This document shows, one piece after another, positions 1-13,391 of a stretch of DNA of 43,175 nucleotides. The stretch spans positions 1 to 43,175 of the forward strand of contig NW_021835351.1 of assembly GCF_006345805.1 (NCBI RefSeq), written 5' to 3'. Position 1 is the first letter of the stretch; each line of letters begins with the position of its first letter. The translations under genes were made by a program, and so were the position numbers. The DNA is from Octopus sinensis. Lineage: Eukaryota. The notes beneath the pieces are model-generated. The model saw only the letters and a list, made by a program, of their open reading frames with translations, did not search any database and was not told the DNA's origin.

Positions 1-630
1 AATTTAAGCAGAGAATCTGCAGCAAGTACCTGCTCGGCGGCCTATGCAAGGTTTTCAAAGATTTCATCGTTCTCGACACAATCAAGGAGATCTTGTGCAA
101 CTGAAGTCCGAGTGTCGTTTTGGTTAACTGAAAGCAGTTTTGGCACAAACATGGCAGACACGCATTTCATATCCAAATCTTCAGTCATAATGGACTGAAC
201 TGAACCGTAATTAATCTGCTCAACTTCTGATAACTCACGCATAGTAATTCGACATCTTCCTCTCACAGCTGCACGCATATCTGCGACGTTTTTTTTTTCT
301 GGTGGTTTCGGGTCTCACAGAACGTTCGTCAATATCGACATCTTTCCAGCCATCTTGGAAACGTCTGAACCACTCGTACACTTCCGCGCGGCTCATACAC
401 TCCTCACCATACACTTTCCGCAACGTTGCGTAGGCCTCTGAGCAGGTATCGCCATGTCATCTTTCTCTATAATGATCAATGTACTCTATACACCTTTGTT
501 CCAAGTATTACTCTCAACAGCCGATGTGAACTAGAACGTTAAGTCTTAGTGCGTCTGCATAGCAGAGTTCAAGATCAAAACGTGCCAAGCGGCTGGAAAC
601 AGTCTGGATACCTATTGATCACAACTCCTA
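1..630 (-). mobile_element. Mariner (Mos1/SETMAR-like) transposon remnant, 5' part, frameshifted; runs off the window start
   Basis: Minus-strand peptides GDTCSEAYATLRKVYGEECMSRAEVYEWFRRFQDGWKDVDIDERS.RP and ITMRELSEVEQINYGSVQSIMTEDLDMKCVSAMFVPKLL match the mariner N-terminal double HTH and the WVPxxL-type linker. Mariner-type TIR at 601-628 (minus read TAGGAGTTGTGATCAATAGGTATCCAGACT including the TA at 629-630). Confidence 0.9.
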
Positions 631-636
631 TGTAGC

Positions 637-1140
637 TGATAATGCGCAACGACGCAGAAGTGCAAGTTTCTTGCAAACCTGTGACGTTGTTTATGAACCA
701 GTGTTGTATTTACACAATATTTACTATAGAGAGAATGTCCTTTCTACAGACAACGTGCCAAGAGCATTGTATTTCCATGTCTGAATGTGCATGAACATGT
801 TAAACACGACTATATATAACTGTAATTCAATCAACGCTGCTTCGTGTTCTCTTAATGAATTTATTTGAGCTTGAAAATACTTTTCTATTCTAGATTAAGC
901 TCAGCTGATACTTAACAGTCGGGAATGTCCTCTCAGTATACGTAGATGATGAAGTGTGACGATGCAGAAACGCCTCCGGTCAACGATTCATTGACGTCAT
1001 ATCACGGTGTAATGTTGTGTTTACATCGATAGTTTCTGAAGGACGTCGAGACATCTTCTGCCAGCGTATCGTATTTTCATGTCCGCATGTACACGAACAT
1101 TGTTATGTACGACTTAACAATACTATATTTTATTTAAAGT
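637..1140. repeat. Two diverged direct copies of a ~305-bp non-coding unit
   Basis: TGTTGTATTTACA (706) vs TGTTGTGTTTACA (1014); ATTGTATTTCCATGTCTGAATGTGCATGAACAT (~767) vs ATCGTATTTTCATGTCCGCATGTACACGAACAT (~1069). Confidence 0.55.
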
Positions 1141-1435
1141 TGCATAGTGTCCCTTGAAATAATGTGTGTGCATGTGTGTGTGTGTCTGCCTGTGTTTGTG
1201 TGTTTGTGTGTGTCTGCCTGTGTTTGTGTATGTGTGTGTTTGTGTGTGTTTGTGTGTGTCTGCTTATGTGTCACTTATCATATATACCAACCCATGGACA
1301 TAAGATCAGTAATAGTCTTTTATTTGGACATGTTCTTACCAATTTATTATTTATTTATGCCTAGCTCGCGTACTATTCCCCTCTGTTACTATCCATCTTA
1401 CTCTTATTCTTTCTTCTTCTCCATGTCCATTCAAT

Positions 1436-1750
1436 ATACGAGTGTTGGAAAATGTAGATTCTTAATATGAGCAGAATGTTCTTATCATGACTTTATTTCT
1501 TTTTTTAAGGAAATGAATTCTATGACTCTGCGTTGTTTCTAACTAATTCTGAACAAAAATGGATAATCAAGTAGTACTGTAAAACAGAGAATGGAGAAAC
1601 GGTTAGACAAATGGACTGAAGAATTTCAAAACCAATTCCATCAAGCCTAACCGTTTATGGAATACGTGACAAGTTTGAGGGGTGGGGGTCCATCTGCAAT
1701 ACACAGAAAAGTGGCCGACTGGTCAGTGCGATCATTGAAGAAAATGAAAT
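1436..1750 (+). mobile_element. Tc1/mariner-superfamily remnant, DUF4817-type HTH N-terminus
   Basis: Frameshifted peptide EQKWIIK*YCKTENGETVRQ/WTEEFQ/PIPSSLTVYGIRDKFEGWGSICNTQKSGRLVSAIIEEN resembles the KWI.K.YWK.EN...V...W...F...PP.R.TI.RIRDKF...G......KSGRP pattern. A TIR-like start TACGAGTGTTGG lies near 1436. Confidence 0.7.
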
Positions 1751-1769
1751 AACTGTATCTCAATCATTC

Positions 1770-2070
1770 ACTCTAAGACCCCATGAATCAAAATCGATGG
1801 CTTCCAATGAAAAAGAAAGGTAGAAGAGTCCAGTGTGCTGGACATTATTGTAGAGTTGAAAACGAGGTAATTTCTACTCTTCTCCTCTGGAAGCCATCTG
1901 CTCGCGACACCAGAGGGCGCAAACTCTTCTACCCTGGTGTAATCTCCAGGGATACAAGCATCCAGCAACAGGACCTCCGTAGTGCTATGATGGACCGTGA
2001 AGTCTGGGGTAACATAGTAAATTCCATTGTCTCGACCACGGTCGATGAATGATGCTGATGAATGATCAAG
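1770..2070 (+). mobile_element. Non-LTR retrotransposon 3' end (RTE/RTEX-like C-terminus)
   Basis: ORF 1783-2052 carries AGHYCRVENEVISTLLLWKPS...RGRKLFYPGVISRDT....DLRSAMMDREVW, the post-RT C-terminal motif of RTE-group LINEs, followed by a short GATGAAT tandem tail. Confidence 0.75.
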
Positions 2071-2693
2071 GCATCACCCGCAAATCTCTTAGTCGATCAA
2101 CTTATTTGGTCAACTTATGAGGTAATAGAGAAATCTACAACTGTAGTCCTGCTTCCTCTCCCCTCTCGTCACCATCAGTGAATCCATCTATCGGCGAAGC
2201 AATATGGTTACTCTGAAAATAGCACTGAAAATTTTCCTATAAATTACCTGCCACTTTAAAAAATAAAAAATTAACAAATACGGTTGATATATTTCCAGTA
2301 TGTCATATTTCGTTCTAGTATTATAATCCAAATTATCAGATAAAGGTGAGTGGGTGGAAAATCCTTAAAGATATATCTGTTATTTTTGGCTTTTTTTTTT
2401 TTGTCCCCATCAGCAATAGCATATTTAACAGGTTTTCATTGCATTAGTCTATTATCATCAGATGCATTTGCGCATACTAATCACGACAGGAATATTCCCC
2501 TGCTTGTAAAAGTACATATTTGCAGAGTGATAAACAGATCATATTCGGAAATAAAAATGTGAACAAATCTTTACAAAAAATATGTGTGAATTACGCAATA
2601 TTTAATAGATATAAAAGTGTGTGGGTGTATATACTCACACGTATATATATAAAACATAGATATATGCATATATATACATACATACACACAAAC

Positions 2694-2730
<37 letters not shown>

Positions 2731-3539
2731 ATATATATATAGATATAGATATAGATAAATAGATAGATAGATATATACATACATAATCAAATATATGTAC
2801 ACATATACATATACATACATATATGTATGCATGTATGTATGTATATATGTATATATAAATATATATATGTGTGTGTGTGTATGTGTGTAGATTTAAATTG
2901 ATATAACGACAGAATCATCTCCACCTCACTATATTAGAATCATTCCTGATCGGAATCATGAATATGAAATATTACGTTGATAAATATATTATGTATAGAC
3001 GAAGGTGATGGTGCTCCACCGTCCTACACACGACATTTTTATTAAAAAATTTACATGCACAGAAACAAACGAAAATATTGATATACTTGTGCATATGTGT
3101 ACAAACATGCATACATTTTTGCATGTATGCCTGTGTAATTATATACGTGTGTACGCTCGTATATATATAGGTGTATATATTGCACATGAGCAACCTTCAA
3201 TCCAGAAACTGATTTTCACCCTCCGTTTTTATGTTTTTCCTCTCTTTTGTTTTGTTTTTACTCACTCCATTTTGTAGAAGGGTAAAGGCACGAAACATCA
3301 AGCAATCTTCAATTTATCTTGAGCATCAAAATTAACGCAGCTTGTTTGTGGTTCCCTCTGTCTTTGCTTTCAATTTTTGGCACAATTTTCAAATATATAT
3401 ATATATATATATATGTGTGTACATATAAAAGAATATTCACAGCAAATTAATGATAATCTTTTACAGTTTATCTACATAGCGTTACCTGCCACTTCTGGAT
3501 ACCAATACCTCTCATATATATATAGAAAAAAATGTGACC

Positions 3540-3732
3540 TTGTGTGTACCGTTGGCGATTTTTTTTCCTCTGTCTTCCCTTCTCTGGATCTTTCCTTCTC
3601 CTATGTTTCCGATAAAGAGCTCCGCTCGAAATGTTAAACCCTCCTTCTTTCCTTCTTTCCTGAGCGTCCAATAATACTATATTTGTTCCACGTCCTCACG
3701 TTGTTGTGTTTTTTGTGCTTTCTTGTTTGGAT

Positions 3733-3745
<13 letters not shown>
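3540..3745 (+). mobile_element. Short Penelope-like (pLTR-type) repeat with degenerate hammerhead-like fold
   Basis: Pyrimidine-rich 5' part, then GTTT-CCGATAA-A-GAGC-TCC-GCTC-GAAA-T-GTT-AAAC (3605-3639); ends in AACTATATAT at a TA array. Related to the copies at 23430 and 36550. Confidence 0.6.
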
Positions 3746-3826
<81 letters not shown>

Positions 3827-4333
3827 CAGACAGACAGATAAGCAAAAGTTGTTATATCTTTACTCATATAAGCATTATATTTAACACGGTGAAAGCAAAA
3901 TGGTGCAACAGTTAGCAGGCGACACTATGATTCAATAACTATAGGAATTATTAAAAAATATCTTTTAAATACGCGACAGAAAAAATAAGTAACATTGTAC
4001 ATAACATCCGCTTGACTCACCTCCTCTTATATACTGTCGTTGGCGCTCTTGATTTCGTTATTATTAAGGATGAGAATAGTAGAAGTGATGATGCTGATGG
4101 CGACGATGATGGTTACAACAACAACAAAAGTAATGCTGGTAATAACAAAAGAAGAATAAGTAAAAGTACAAGGACAACGACAGCAACAATAGCAATATTA
4201 ATAATAGAAAGTACAAGTAGTCCAGTTTCAAACTTTTAATTAAATGTATTTCAAATATATCGTGTTTCCTTCTTTTGACATATTCTTCGATTTCAAACAT
4301 GGCGACCACTGAATCATAGATAGTGTCATTAAA

Positions 4334-4485
4334 TTAAGAGAGAAAAATACAAACATATATATATGCCTCTATGCAAACATTGGTACGTATTGTTATATTA
4401 TATATATATATATATATATATACATATGTGTGTGTGTTTGTGTGTCTGTATACATACGCAGATACATGTGTGTGTATATATATGT

Positions 4486-4536
<51 letters not shown>

Positions 4537-4608
4537 CTGCATATGTATACAGGCAGACAAACACACACACAAATATGTATATATATATATATTATATATT
4601 ATATATAA

Positions 4609-4684
<76 letters not shown>

Positions 4685-4725
4685 CATATATATACACACA
4701 CACATGTATCTGCGTATGTATACAG
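4334..4725. repeat. Compound (TA)n/(TG)n/(CA)n microsatellite block
   Basis: Directly visible; source of several spurious YI/HT ORFs. Confidence 0.95.
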
Positions 4726-4734
4726 ACACATATC

Positions 4735-4985
4735 CTTGTGTTCTTTTACTCGCTTCAGTCATTTGACTGCGGCCATGCTGTGGCACCACATTTAGTCAAA
4801 GAAATTATAGGCGCTGGTCTGGCTGTGTGGTAAGACGCTTGCTTCCCAAACACGTGATTCTGTGTTTAGTCGCACCACGTGGCACTTTTGACATGTATCT
4901 TCTCCTACAAACTGGGGCCAACCAAAGCCTTGTGAGTGGATTTGGTAGACGGAAACTGAAAGAAGACCCTCGTATATATATGTAT
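4735..4985. mobile_element. Two adjacent tRNA-derived SINE fragments (octopus-type families)
   Basis: CTTTTACTCGCTTCAGTCATTTGACTGCGGCCATGCTG (also at 29500 and 39690), then a head GGCTGTGTGGTAAGACGCTTGCTTCCC and tail GCCTTGTGAGTGGATTTGGTAGACGGAAACTGAAAGAAG (related to 18620 and 29950). Confidence 0.75.
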
Positions 4986-5294
4986 ATGGAAATAAATGAA
5001 AATGGAGACTGCAAGCAAAATCAAAACTAGGATATGAAAGAGTTTTAGACCATTCATAAGCATCATGTTCAGCATTGAAAATCCTGTGTATCAAGCAAGA
5101 TCTATTTTTTTGGTTAACGTTGAACGTTGTGGGGTTGATTTTCAGCTGTTGAGTCACTTTTATATACTCGAATAGTTTTATGAAATCTGCAAAATTTGCG
5201 CCTTTTTTTATTTAATATTTCTTTGGTTTTATTTTCTTTGCAAAATATACTTCATTTCTATTGAGAAACAAAAGCTTTGCAAATTTTTTTTTAA

Positions 5295-5372
5295 ACTACA
5301 ATAATAATAACAAGAATAATAATAATAACAACAACAAAAATGATGATTGCAGCAGCAGAAGGTTTAGTATAA

Positions 5373-5408
<36 letters not shown>

Positions 5409-5454
5409 CAGCAGTAGTAGTAGTAGTAGAAGTAATGGTACAACTACTACTATA

Positions 5455-5500
<46 letters not shown>
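5295..5500. repeat. (AAT)n/(TAG)n trinucleotide arrays
   Basis: Directly visible. Confidence 0.95.
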
Positions 5501-5744
5501 GTGCGTAAGTAAATATATTAAATGAATACATAAATATATAAATCATGGCAATAATACTGGTAGGAACTAGCGGTGTGAACTGCGTTACAAAACCATAATT
5601 CTATCAAAACCAGTAACCACGTTCAAAGATATTTTTCCAAGAAACTAGAACGAAATTCTATGATTTCAAATAACATAGCGGAAATATTAATTGCTTTATA
5701 TGTGATGGTTAGTCCAAGTCAAAAGATCCAAAACAATAGCAGCA

Positions 5745-5776
<32 letters not shown>

Positions 5777-5912
5777 AGACAATATATGTATTTATATATA
5801 CATACATATATGTATACATATATGTGTACATATATATATATATATATATACAAGGAATATATATAAATATATATATATACAAGGAATATATATATATATA
5901 GTATATTTATGA

Positions 5913-5945
<33 letters not shown>

Positions 5946-6374
5946 ATATGACTGTATGTATGTATGTTTGTAAACATGCATGTGTGCATTTGTCTGATTA
6001 TCTGTGTTCAAACTATGCATTCAAATATGTGTGTGTGTGTGTTTATGTATGTATGTGTTTATATCTGTGTGTAGTTATGTATATCTATATCTATATATAT
6101 ATATATACGTGTGTTTGTATGTATATATGTATGCATGCATATATGCTTATATACATGCATTACTGCATGGGAACGTATATACACTTACATACACACACAA
6201 ACACACACAGACACACACACAAACACACACATATATATATATATATTCTCGATTAAAACATGGATAGATGGATACATATATAAAGAGAGAAACACAGGAA
6301 CATATATTGAGCGATGTTGAAGGGGAAACATACAAGATTTATAGAAGCGGACCGATTAATAGATCGATATAGAG

Positions 6375-6464
6375 AAATAAACAAATAGATAGATATATAG
6401 AGGGAGGGATAGACAGACAGACGGTTCGATAATCAGATAGATACATAAATGCATAGATAGATAA

Positions 6465-6510
<46 letters not shown>
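6375..6510. repeat. (GATA)n array flanking the LINE 3' end
   Basis: Directly visible. Confidence 0.95.
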
Positions 6511-6511
<1 letters not shown>

Positions 6512-9509
6512 TGTTTCTTTATTAGCCACACAGGGCTTGCACACAGATAGAACAAATTACAAGGTAGAGCTTATCTTTTGAAGGTATTAAAAAAAAAAAA
6601 AAAAAAAAAAGGAAGGGGAGGTTCGATCAAAAGGGATCGTAAAAGGAGAGAAAGAGGACAAAAATAAGGGGGGTTAAAAAAAAAAAAAAAATAAAAAAAA
6701 AAAAAAAGGGGGGGAGAGGAAAAAAAAATGATCAATAGGGATCGTTATCACAGAATGTCAATATGAAGTGTAAAGGGGAGGACAGGTGAGGTTTACCCGT
6801 GGAAAGAAAAGCCTGCGGAAAAGACTACGGTAACCTCGGTCAATGAAGTCACATTTTATATTTCTTTTTTTTTTTTTTTTTTTTTTTTTGCAAATAAGCA
6901 ACTCTCTGTTTTCGATTTCTGGGTTCATAGGACTATGCTCAAGGTGGCTTCGTCATTCATACGTGCATTCTTGCTACATTCACCCATCTTTTTTTAAAAC
7001 ATTCGCTAGACAAAACTTGCCTCTACTACTCTCATTCCTTCCTTTCAAGTGGTACTTGAAGAAGTTGATGAGAGATTGACCAGAGAGGAAAGTGTTTGTC
7101 TCCAATCCTTTCAGACGCGTCCACCAGATACATTCTTTCGCCATAGCCCAAGGATGATGAAAATAGCTCTTCCTTCCCGTTTGAAGGAAGGAGGCGTGAC
7201 AATATTGACGATAGACTCAGCTGATAAACCGACTCGTCCCACACGTGACAGCAGTTGTTCGACATAAGCCCACAGGTCGGAAATTGTTGGACACTGAACG
7301 AGTGCGTGCAGAACGGTTTCGTCGCTCTGACCGCATCTCGGGCAGGTCGGCCCGTGTTTCTCGAGCCGGTCTGTAGAGCTTATCCCGAACGGGTAGCGCT
7401 TCTCGGTAGCACTGCCAGGCCAGGGATCTCTGGAAGTTGTCCATGGGCCCTGGCCCGAAAGTCGTCCCCGAACAGGCGGGTCAGGTACTCCTCGTCGACG
7501 TCCAGGTTCGCCCCGAGCTCGTCGTCGTACCTCCCCTCCACTAAAACCCCTATAGAATGCTTTGGTTGTGTTGAAGTCACTTAAGGTCGACCCAGGACGG
7601 CAGAGTTGCTTGAGAGCAACGCGACACTCGCGGTGCATTCGCCCTTCCTCGCCTCTTTTTGATCCACGACTGCAGTTCGGTCATGGAGACGAGCTGCGGG
7701 AAAGCGTGCCTCACAAACGGCGACCACACCTGTTCACCGTCGTCTACATAGAGCCAGAGATGTCGCAGTCTCAGCGCGTCTGCGCATCATCAACCACGGC
7801 ATGCCCAGCCCTCCTTTTAACGGGTGTTGACAGCAAATGGATCGCCTGACCATCGGGACGCATCCTTCCACAGAAGCGAAAGAGGATGCGTTTGTAGTTG
7901 GTGATGGTAGGGTCGGGACAAGGTACGACGGTCAGGCGGTAGTAGATGACGGACGCGATGTACGTGTTCGCCACCTCCGCTCGACCTTTTAGGGACAGTT
8001 TCCTCTCGGCCCATTGCCGGCGAGAGTGTGACCACCCTACTCGTTATCTCGTTCCAGTTCTTCTCCACTTTTCTTCTCCACTTGGAGGTCCGGACCAAAC
8101 CAGACCCCGAGCAACTCAACCGGCCGTCGGTCCAGCGTCCCACGACGGAGGCGCTGGTGGACGGCATGGGCTTGCTTCTCCAGGTGCCTAGTCGCAAGCC
8201 CCGACTTTTCCCGGTCGATTTTTCGCTCCTGTCACCGCTTCGTAGTTTTTCAGTGTCTCGCCGACCAGCTCGATGTGCTCGTGGCTAGACACTATGACGG
8301 TGACGTCGTCCGCGTATGCAGACACGCTCGTCCCGCATCCCATTCTCGCGGGATGCCCCTTAGAGTCGCCAGCTTCCGCAGTAGTGGCTCAAGAGTCAAT
8401 ACGTATAGAAAGCGCCGAGAGGGGGGCATCCCTGACGGACCGAACGTGCAATGTCGAAAGGTCTCGATAGATGTCCATTTACGCGAATTACCGAACGGAT
8501 GCCTCTGTACAAGGCAGCTATCCAGCCGCGGAAGACGGGACCGAAACCAGCCGCTCTCTCAGACTGCCTCCAAGTATCGATGGTCTACCCTATCAAAGGC
8601 TTTTGATTGATCCAAGTTGATCAGGGCCCCACCCATGCCAGGTTCGTTAACTACCCTGTCTATGATGTAGCGCATCAGATGGAGGTTGTCATGGATGGTC
8701 CGCCTGGCACGGCGCATGTTTCGCCTTGTCGACCAGTTTCTCGATGACAAGCGCCAACCTCTTGGCTAGCACCTTGGCCAAAATTTTCAAGTCTGCATTA
8801 AGCAGAGTGATGGCCTAAAGTTATCTATTACATTTTCCCTTGTTTAGATCTTTCTTCAGCAGTGTTACGGCTCCTCGGCTCACAAAACCAGGAATGCTCC
8901 CGTTTTGCTGCCAGTTGCAGTACACCGCCGCCAAGAGATCTCCAAACAAGTCTGGCATACAATTGTAAAGCTCGTAGGGTAGACCATCCAACCCCGGTGA
9001 TTTGTCCTCGAGCATTCTGCCATCGCTTCCCGCACTTCCACATCCACCGCCGTGATGGCACCTTCGCAGCACCCTGCCTTCTTGTCGAGAGTCGTGGTAG
9101 GCTATGTAGGTAGGCACTGAAGTCCACCCTACGTTCTTGCCCTCCACTCGTTCCGAACAGTCGGGCAAAATGCTGCTGAAAGGCCTCACACATTTTACTT
9201 GGCTCGAGCAATTCGCGCCCCTGTTCATCTACCAGTGACCGAATGGTGGCTTTGTTGCCCTGTTGCGCCTCTGCCACCCGGGCCTCTCTCGCGGCTCCAA
9301 CACCTTCGTTCCTTAGAGCACGCATCCTAGCTCTGACAGCACATCCTTCGTGTTTGGCGTTGAAGTGTTGGTCGAGGGCCAACCTCGCCGCCAAAACGTC
9401 GGATGCGATGCCGCTTCTAATTGCCTCTTCTAGCTTCTTAACTAGCTCACCCTCTACTCTATTTCTATCTATGGCTAGTGCTTTGCTGTACCTAATCGCT
9501 TCTGCTTTG
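6511..9509 (-). mobile_element. 5'-truncated Tx1/L1-clade non-LTR retrotransposon: frameshifted ORF2 (RT + zf-RVT) and 3' UTR
   Basis: Minus-strand motifs KSPGLDGLPYELY, TIHDNLHLMRYIIDRV...ALINLDQSKAFDRVDHRYL, AYADDVTV (~8310), ANTYIASVIYYRLTVVPCP, SLAWQCYREALPVRDKL and CPRCGQSDETVLHALVQCP. Stop at 6925-6927; the 3' UTR ends AATAAAGAAACAT directly at (ATCT)n. No endonuclease domain is present. Confidence 0.95.
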
Positions 9510-9585
9510 GATGGATGGATGGATGGATGGATAGATAGATAGATAGATAGACAGATAGATAGATAGATATTTAGATGGATGGATG

Positions 9586-9656
<71 letters not shown>

Positions 9657-9698
9657 GGATAGATAGATAGATAGATTGATAGATACATAGATAGATAA

Positions 9699-9729
<31 letters not shown>

Positions 9730-9790
9730 GATAGACAGAGAGACAGACAGATCGATCGATAGATAGATAGATAGATAGATATACATATAC
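9510..9790. repeat. (GATG)n/(GATA)n array flanking the LINE 5' truncation point
   Basis: Directly visible; same strand orientation as 6375-6510. Confidence 0.95.
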
Positions 9791-10143
9791 ATAGATAGTC
9801 AGTCAAATGGATAGAGAAATGCAGGGTAAAAAAGTCAGAGGGAGAGAGAAAGAGAGAGAAAGAGAGAGATGTGTGTACATATTTCAAAGCATACACACAT
9901 GAAGTAACATATTTATAGAAATCAAAACATTGGAACTGTGTATGGACATGTAGTCACAAAGAGAAACATATACACACTCGTAGACTCATTACATATGCGA
10001 AAATAACGCATACATACGTGAGTGTACGTATTGATACGTACAGTAAATATCCCGTATATCTATATCTATATATATATAATATATATATATATAATAATAT
10101 ATATATTTATATATATATACATATACTATATACATACATATAC

Positions 10144-10229
<86 letters not shown>

Positions 10230-10541
10230 CTTTTACATACTTTGCATAGATGTGTATGTGTAAGTCTGTGAGTGTGTGCGTATGTATGCATGTGTATATG
10301 TATATAGGCAGAAATATAGATATATAGTGTATGTGTGTGTACGCGTTTATGTGTGCTTGTATCTGCGAGTATGGAAGCGTATATGCATATATGTATGGAA
10401 ACACATATGTTTATGTATTAATAATTAAACATAATCCCTCCAAAGTTTAAATAAATGTGTTTTATTTTATTTTCAACACCATATATATATACACACACGC
10501 TTACACATACGTGTATGTATAAGTGTCGTTATATATGTTTG

Positions 10542-10578
<37 letters not shown>

Positions 10579-10874
10579 ATAAATATATATATATATGTAT
10601 ATGTGTGTATATATATATGTATATATATATATATGCATATATATATATATGTGTGTGTTTGTGTGTGTTTGTGTGTGTGTGTATATATATGTGTGTTTAT
10701 GGTGCCGGTGTATGTGTGCTCCTTTATACTCCTTAATGTGTACACATATATACAAAAATACAAAGATATTCTTTGTTATATATTATACATCCACATCCAT
10801 GCATACGGCAAGGCTTATCCACTCACAAGTACACAAATATCTGCACACACATATATACTTTCATACACACATAC

Positions 10875-10940
<66 letters not shown>

Positions 10941-11039
10941 CATAATATATATATACATATATGTATATATATATTATATTTATGTATATATATACATATA
11001 TACTATATATACATATATATACACACATATATATATATA

Positions 11040-11370
11040 TATATACATTATATATATGTGTATGTAAGCATGTATGTATATACGCATGTGTAAGCGTATG
11101 TGCATGTGCAGTATATGGATATGTGCATGCGTGTGTTTTTCATGTGTTTGAATAAATTACCTGCCTCTCCATGTGTAATCCTAAGAAAGCTTGTTCATAT
11201 GTGGAATACACACACACATGGATATTTATATACATTCAAATACATTTATTTATGTGTGTGCTTGTATGTATGTATTTATATACATTTAGATATGCGCGCG
11301 CATACATATTTATACATACATATATGTATATACACATATATATTAAACAAATATATATGTATATAAAACA

Positions 11371-11412
<42 letters not shown>

Positions 11413-11502
11413 ATATATATATATCAGACATACACCTACATCATATATATGTATGCGCATATGCATACACATACAGATATATATATATATATATATATAT
11501 AT

Positions 11503-11545
<43 letters not shown>

Positions 11546-12124
11546 ATACCTACATAACCACATATGATTATGAATTACGGATTCGTATATTTCCGTGTTA
11601 ATTCAAAAGTATGTTGATGGCTTTTATTTCAAAATCATATGATTGAATTTACACTATTACTGTAGAATTCAATATCTTTTTAATTTCATTTCATTCTAAA
11701 TAAGCAAAGAAAGTAAAAAAAAAAAAAACTTCAGCTATATATTTATATTACTTAATTCAATGGATATATTTTTGTAGTCCTATTAAATATTTATGAATAA
11801 AATTTTTCTTTTGTTTATATTCTTCGTATAATATTTGTATATTTGATTTTCGTAACCTATTTTCTTTTATGGAATAATTATAGTTAACAAAATGACGAAA
11901 TGACAAGTTTGATATATATTCCCCACATAAACACTCGCTCATACACATGCACATACGTAAAGAGACCATGACACACACATAGTATATATATATATATATT
12001 ATATATATATATATATATATACACTCAGTGACACACAGACACACACAGAAATCGATATATCTATGTATATATATATATGTATATATGTATGTATGTATGT
12101 ATGTTATGCATATATTTATGCACG

Positions 12125-12168
<44 letters not shown>

Positions 12169-12759
12169 TATATACATACATGTGGGACGAGAAAGTTGTT
12201 TTGTAATATATAGTTTTATGCATATAAATATGTGTATGTATGCATATGTGTATGCAAATACGCTTGTGAAGCATATTTGTGAACACAACGTCTTTATTCT
12301 CTCTGTTTTCTATGTGTCTATCAATTTAAGGTATATACAACACGCTTAAAACCATCCATCACCTACACATACACACGCACTTATAAATCTCTGAATACGC
12401 ATATATGCACACACACACCATATGTATATATATATACATTATATATATGTGTATGTAAGCAATGTATGTATATACGCATGTGTAAGCGTATGTGCATGTG
12501 CAGTATATGGATATGTGCATGCGTGTGTTTTTCATGTGTTTGAATAAATTACCTCCTCTCCATGTGTAATCCTAAGAAAGCTTGTTCATATGTGGAATAC
12601 CACAACACATGGATATTTATATACATTCAAATACATTTATTTATGTGTGTGCTTGTATGTATGTATTTATATACATTTAGATATGCGCGCGCATACATAT
12701 TTATACATACATATATGTATATACACATATATATATAAACAAAATATATGTATATAACA

Positions 12760-12799
<40 letters not shown>

Positions 12800-12863
12800 T
12801 ATATATATATGCAGACATACACCTACATCATATATATGTATGCGCATATGCATACACATACAG

Positions 12864-12936
<73 letters not shown>

Positions 12937-13360
12937 ACATAACCACATATGATTATGAATTTACGATTCGTATATTTCCGTGTTAATTCAAAAGTATGTT
13001 GATGGCTTTTATTTCAAAATCATATGATTGAATTTACACTATTACTGTAGAATTCAATATCTTTTTAATTTCATTTCATTCTAAAATAGCAAAGAAAGTA
13101 AAAAAAAAAAAAACTTCAGCTATATATTTATATTACTAATTCAATGGATATATTTTTGTAGTCCTATTAAATATTTATGATAAAATTTTTCTTTTGTTTA
13201 TATTCTTCGTATAATATTTGTATATTTGATTTTCGTAACCTATTTCTTTTATGGAATATTATAGTTAACAAATGACGAAATGACAAGTTTGATATATATT
13301 CCCCACATAAACACTCGCTCATACACATGCACATACGTAAGAGACCATGACACACACTAG

Positions 13361-13391
<31 letters not shown>

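Noticed and set aside
7050-9500. GC-rich island as bacterial contamination or horizontal transfer
   Set aside because: Fully accounted for by Tx1/L1-type RT and zf-RVT motifs and a eukaryotic 3' UTR.
8828-9688. 286-aa ORF as a standalone gene
   Set aside because: The N-terminus is GATA repeat read-through and the rest is Tx1 ORF2 linker.
9989-11560. Numerous YI/HT/CV-rich ORFs here and throughout the window
   Set aside because: Translations of (TA)n, (CA)n and (CATA)n microsatellites.
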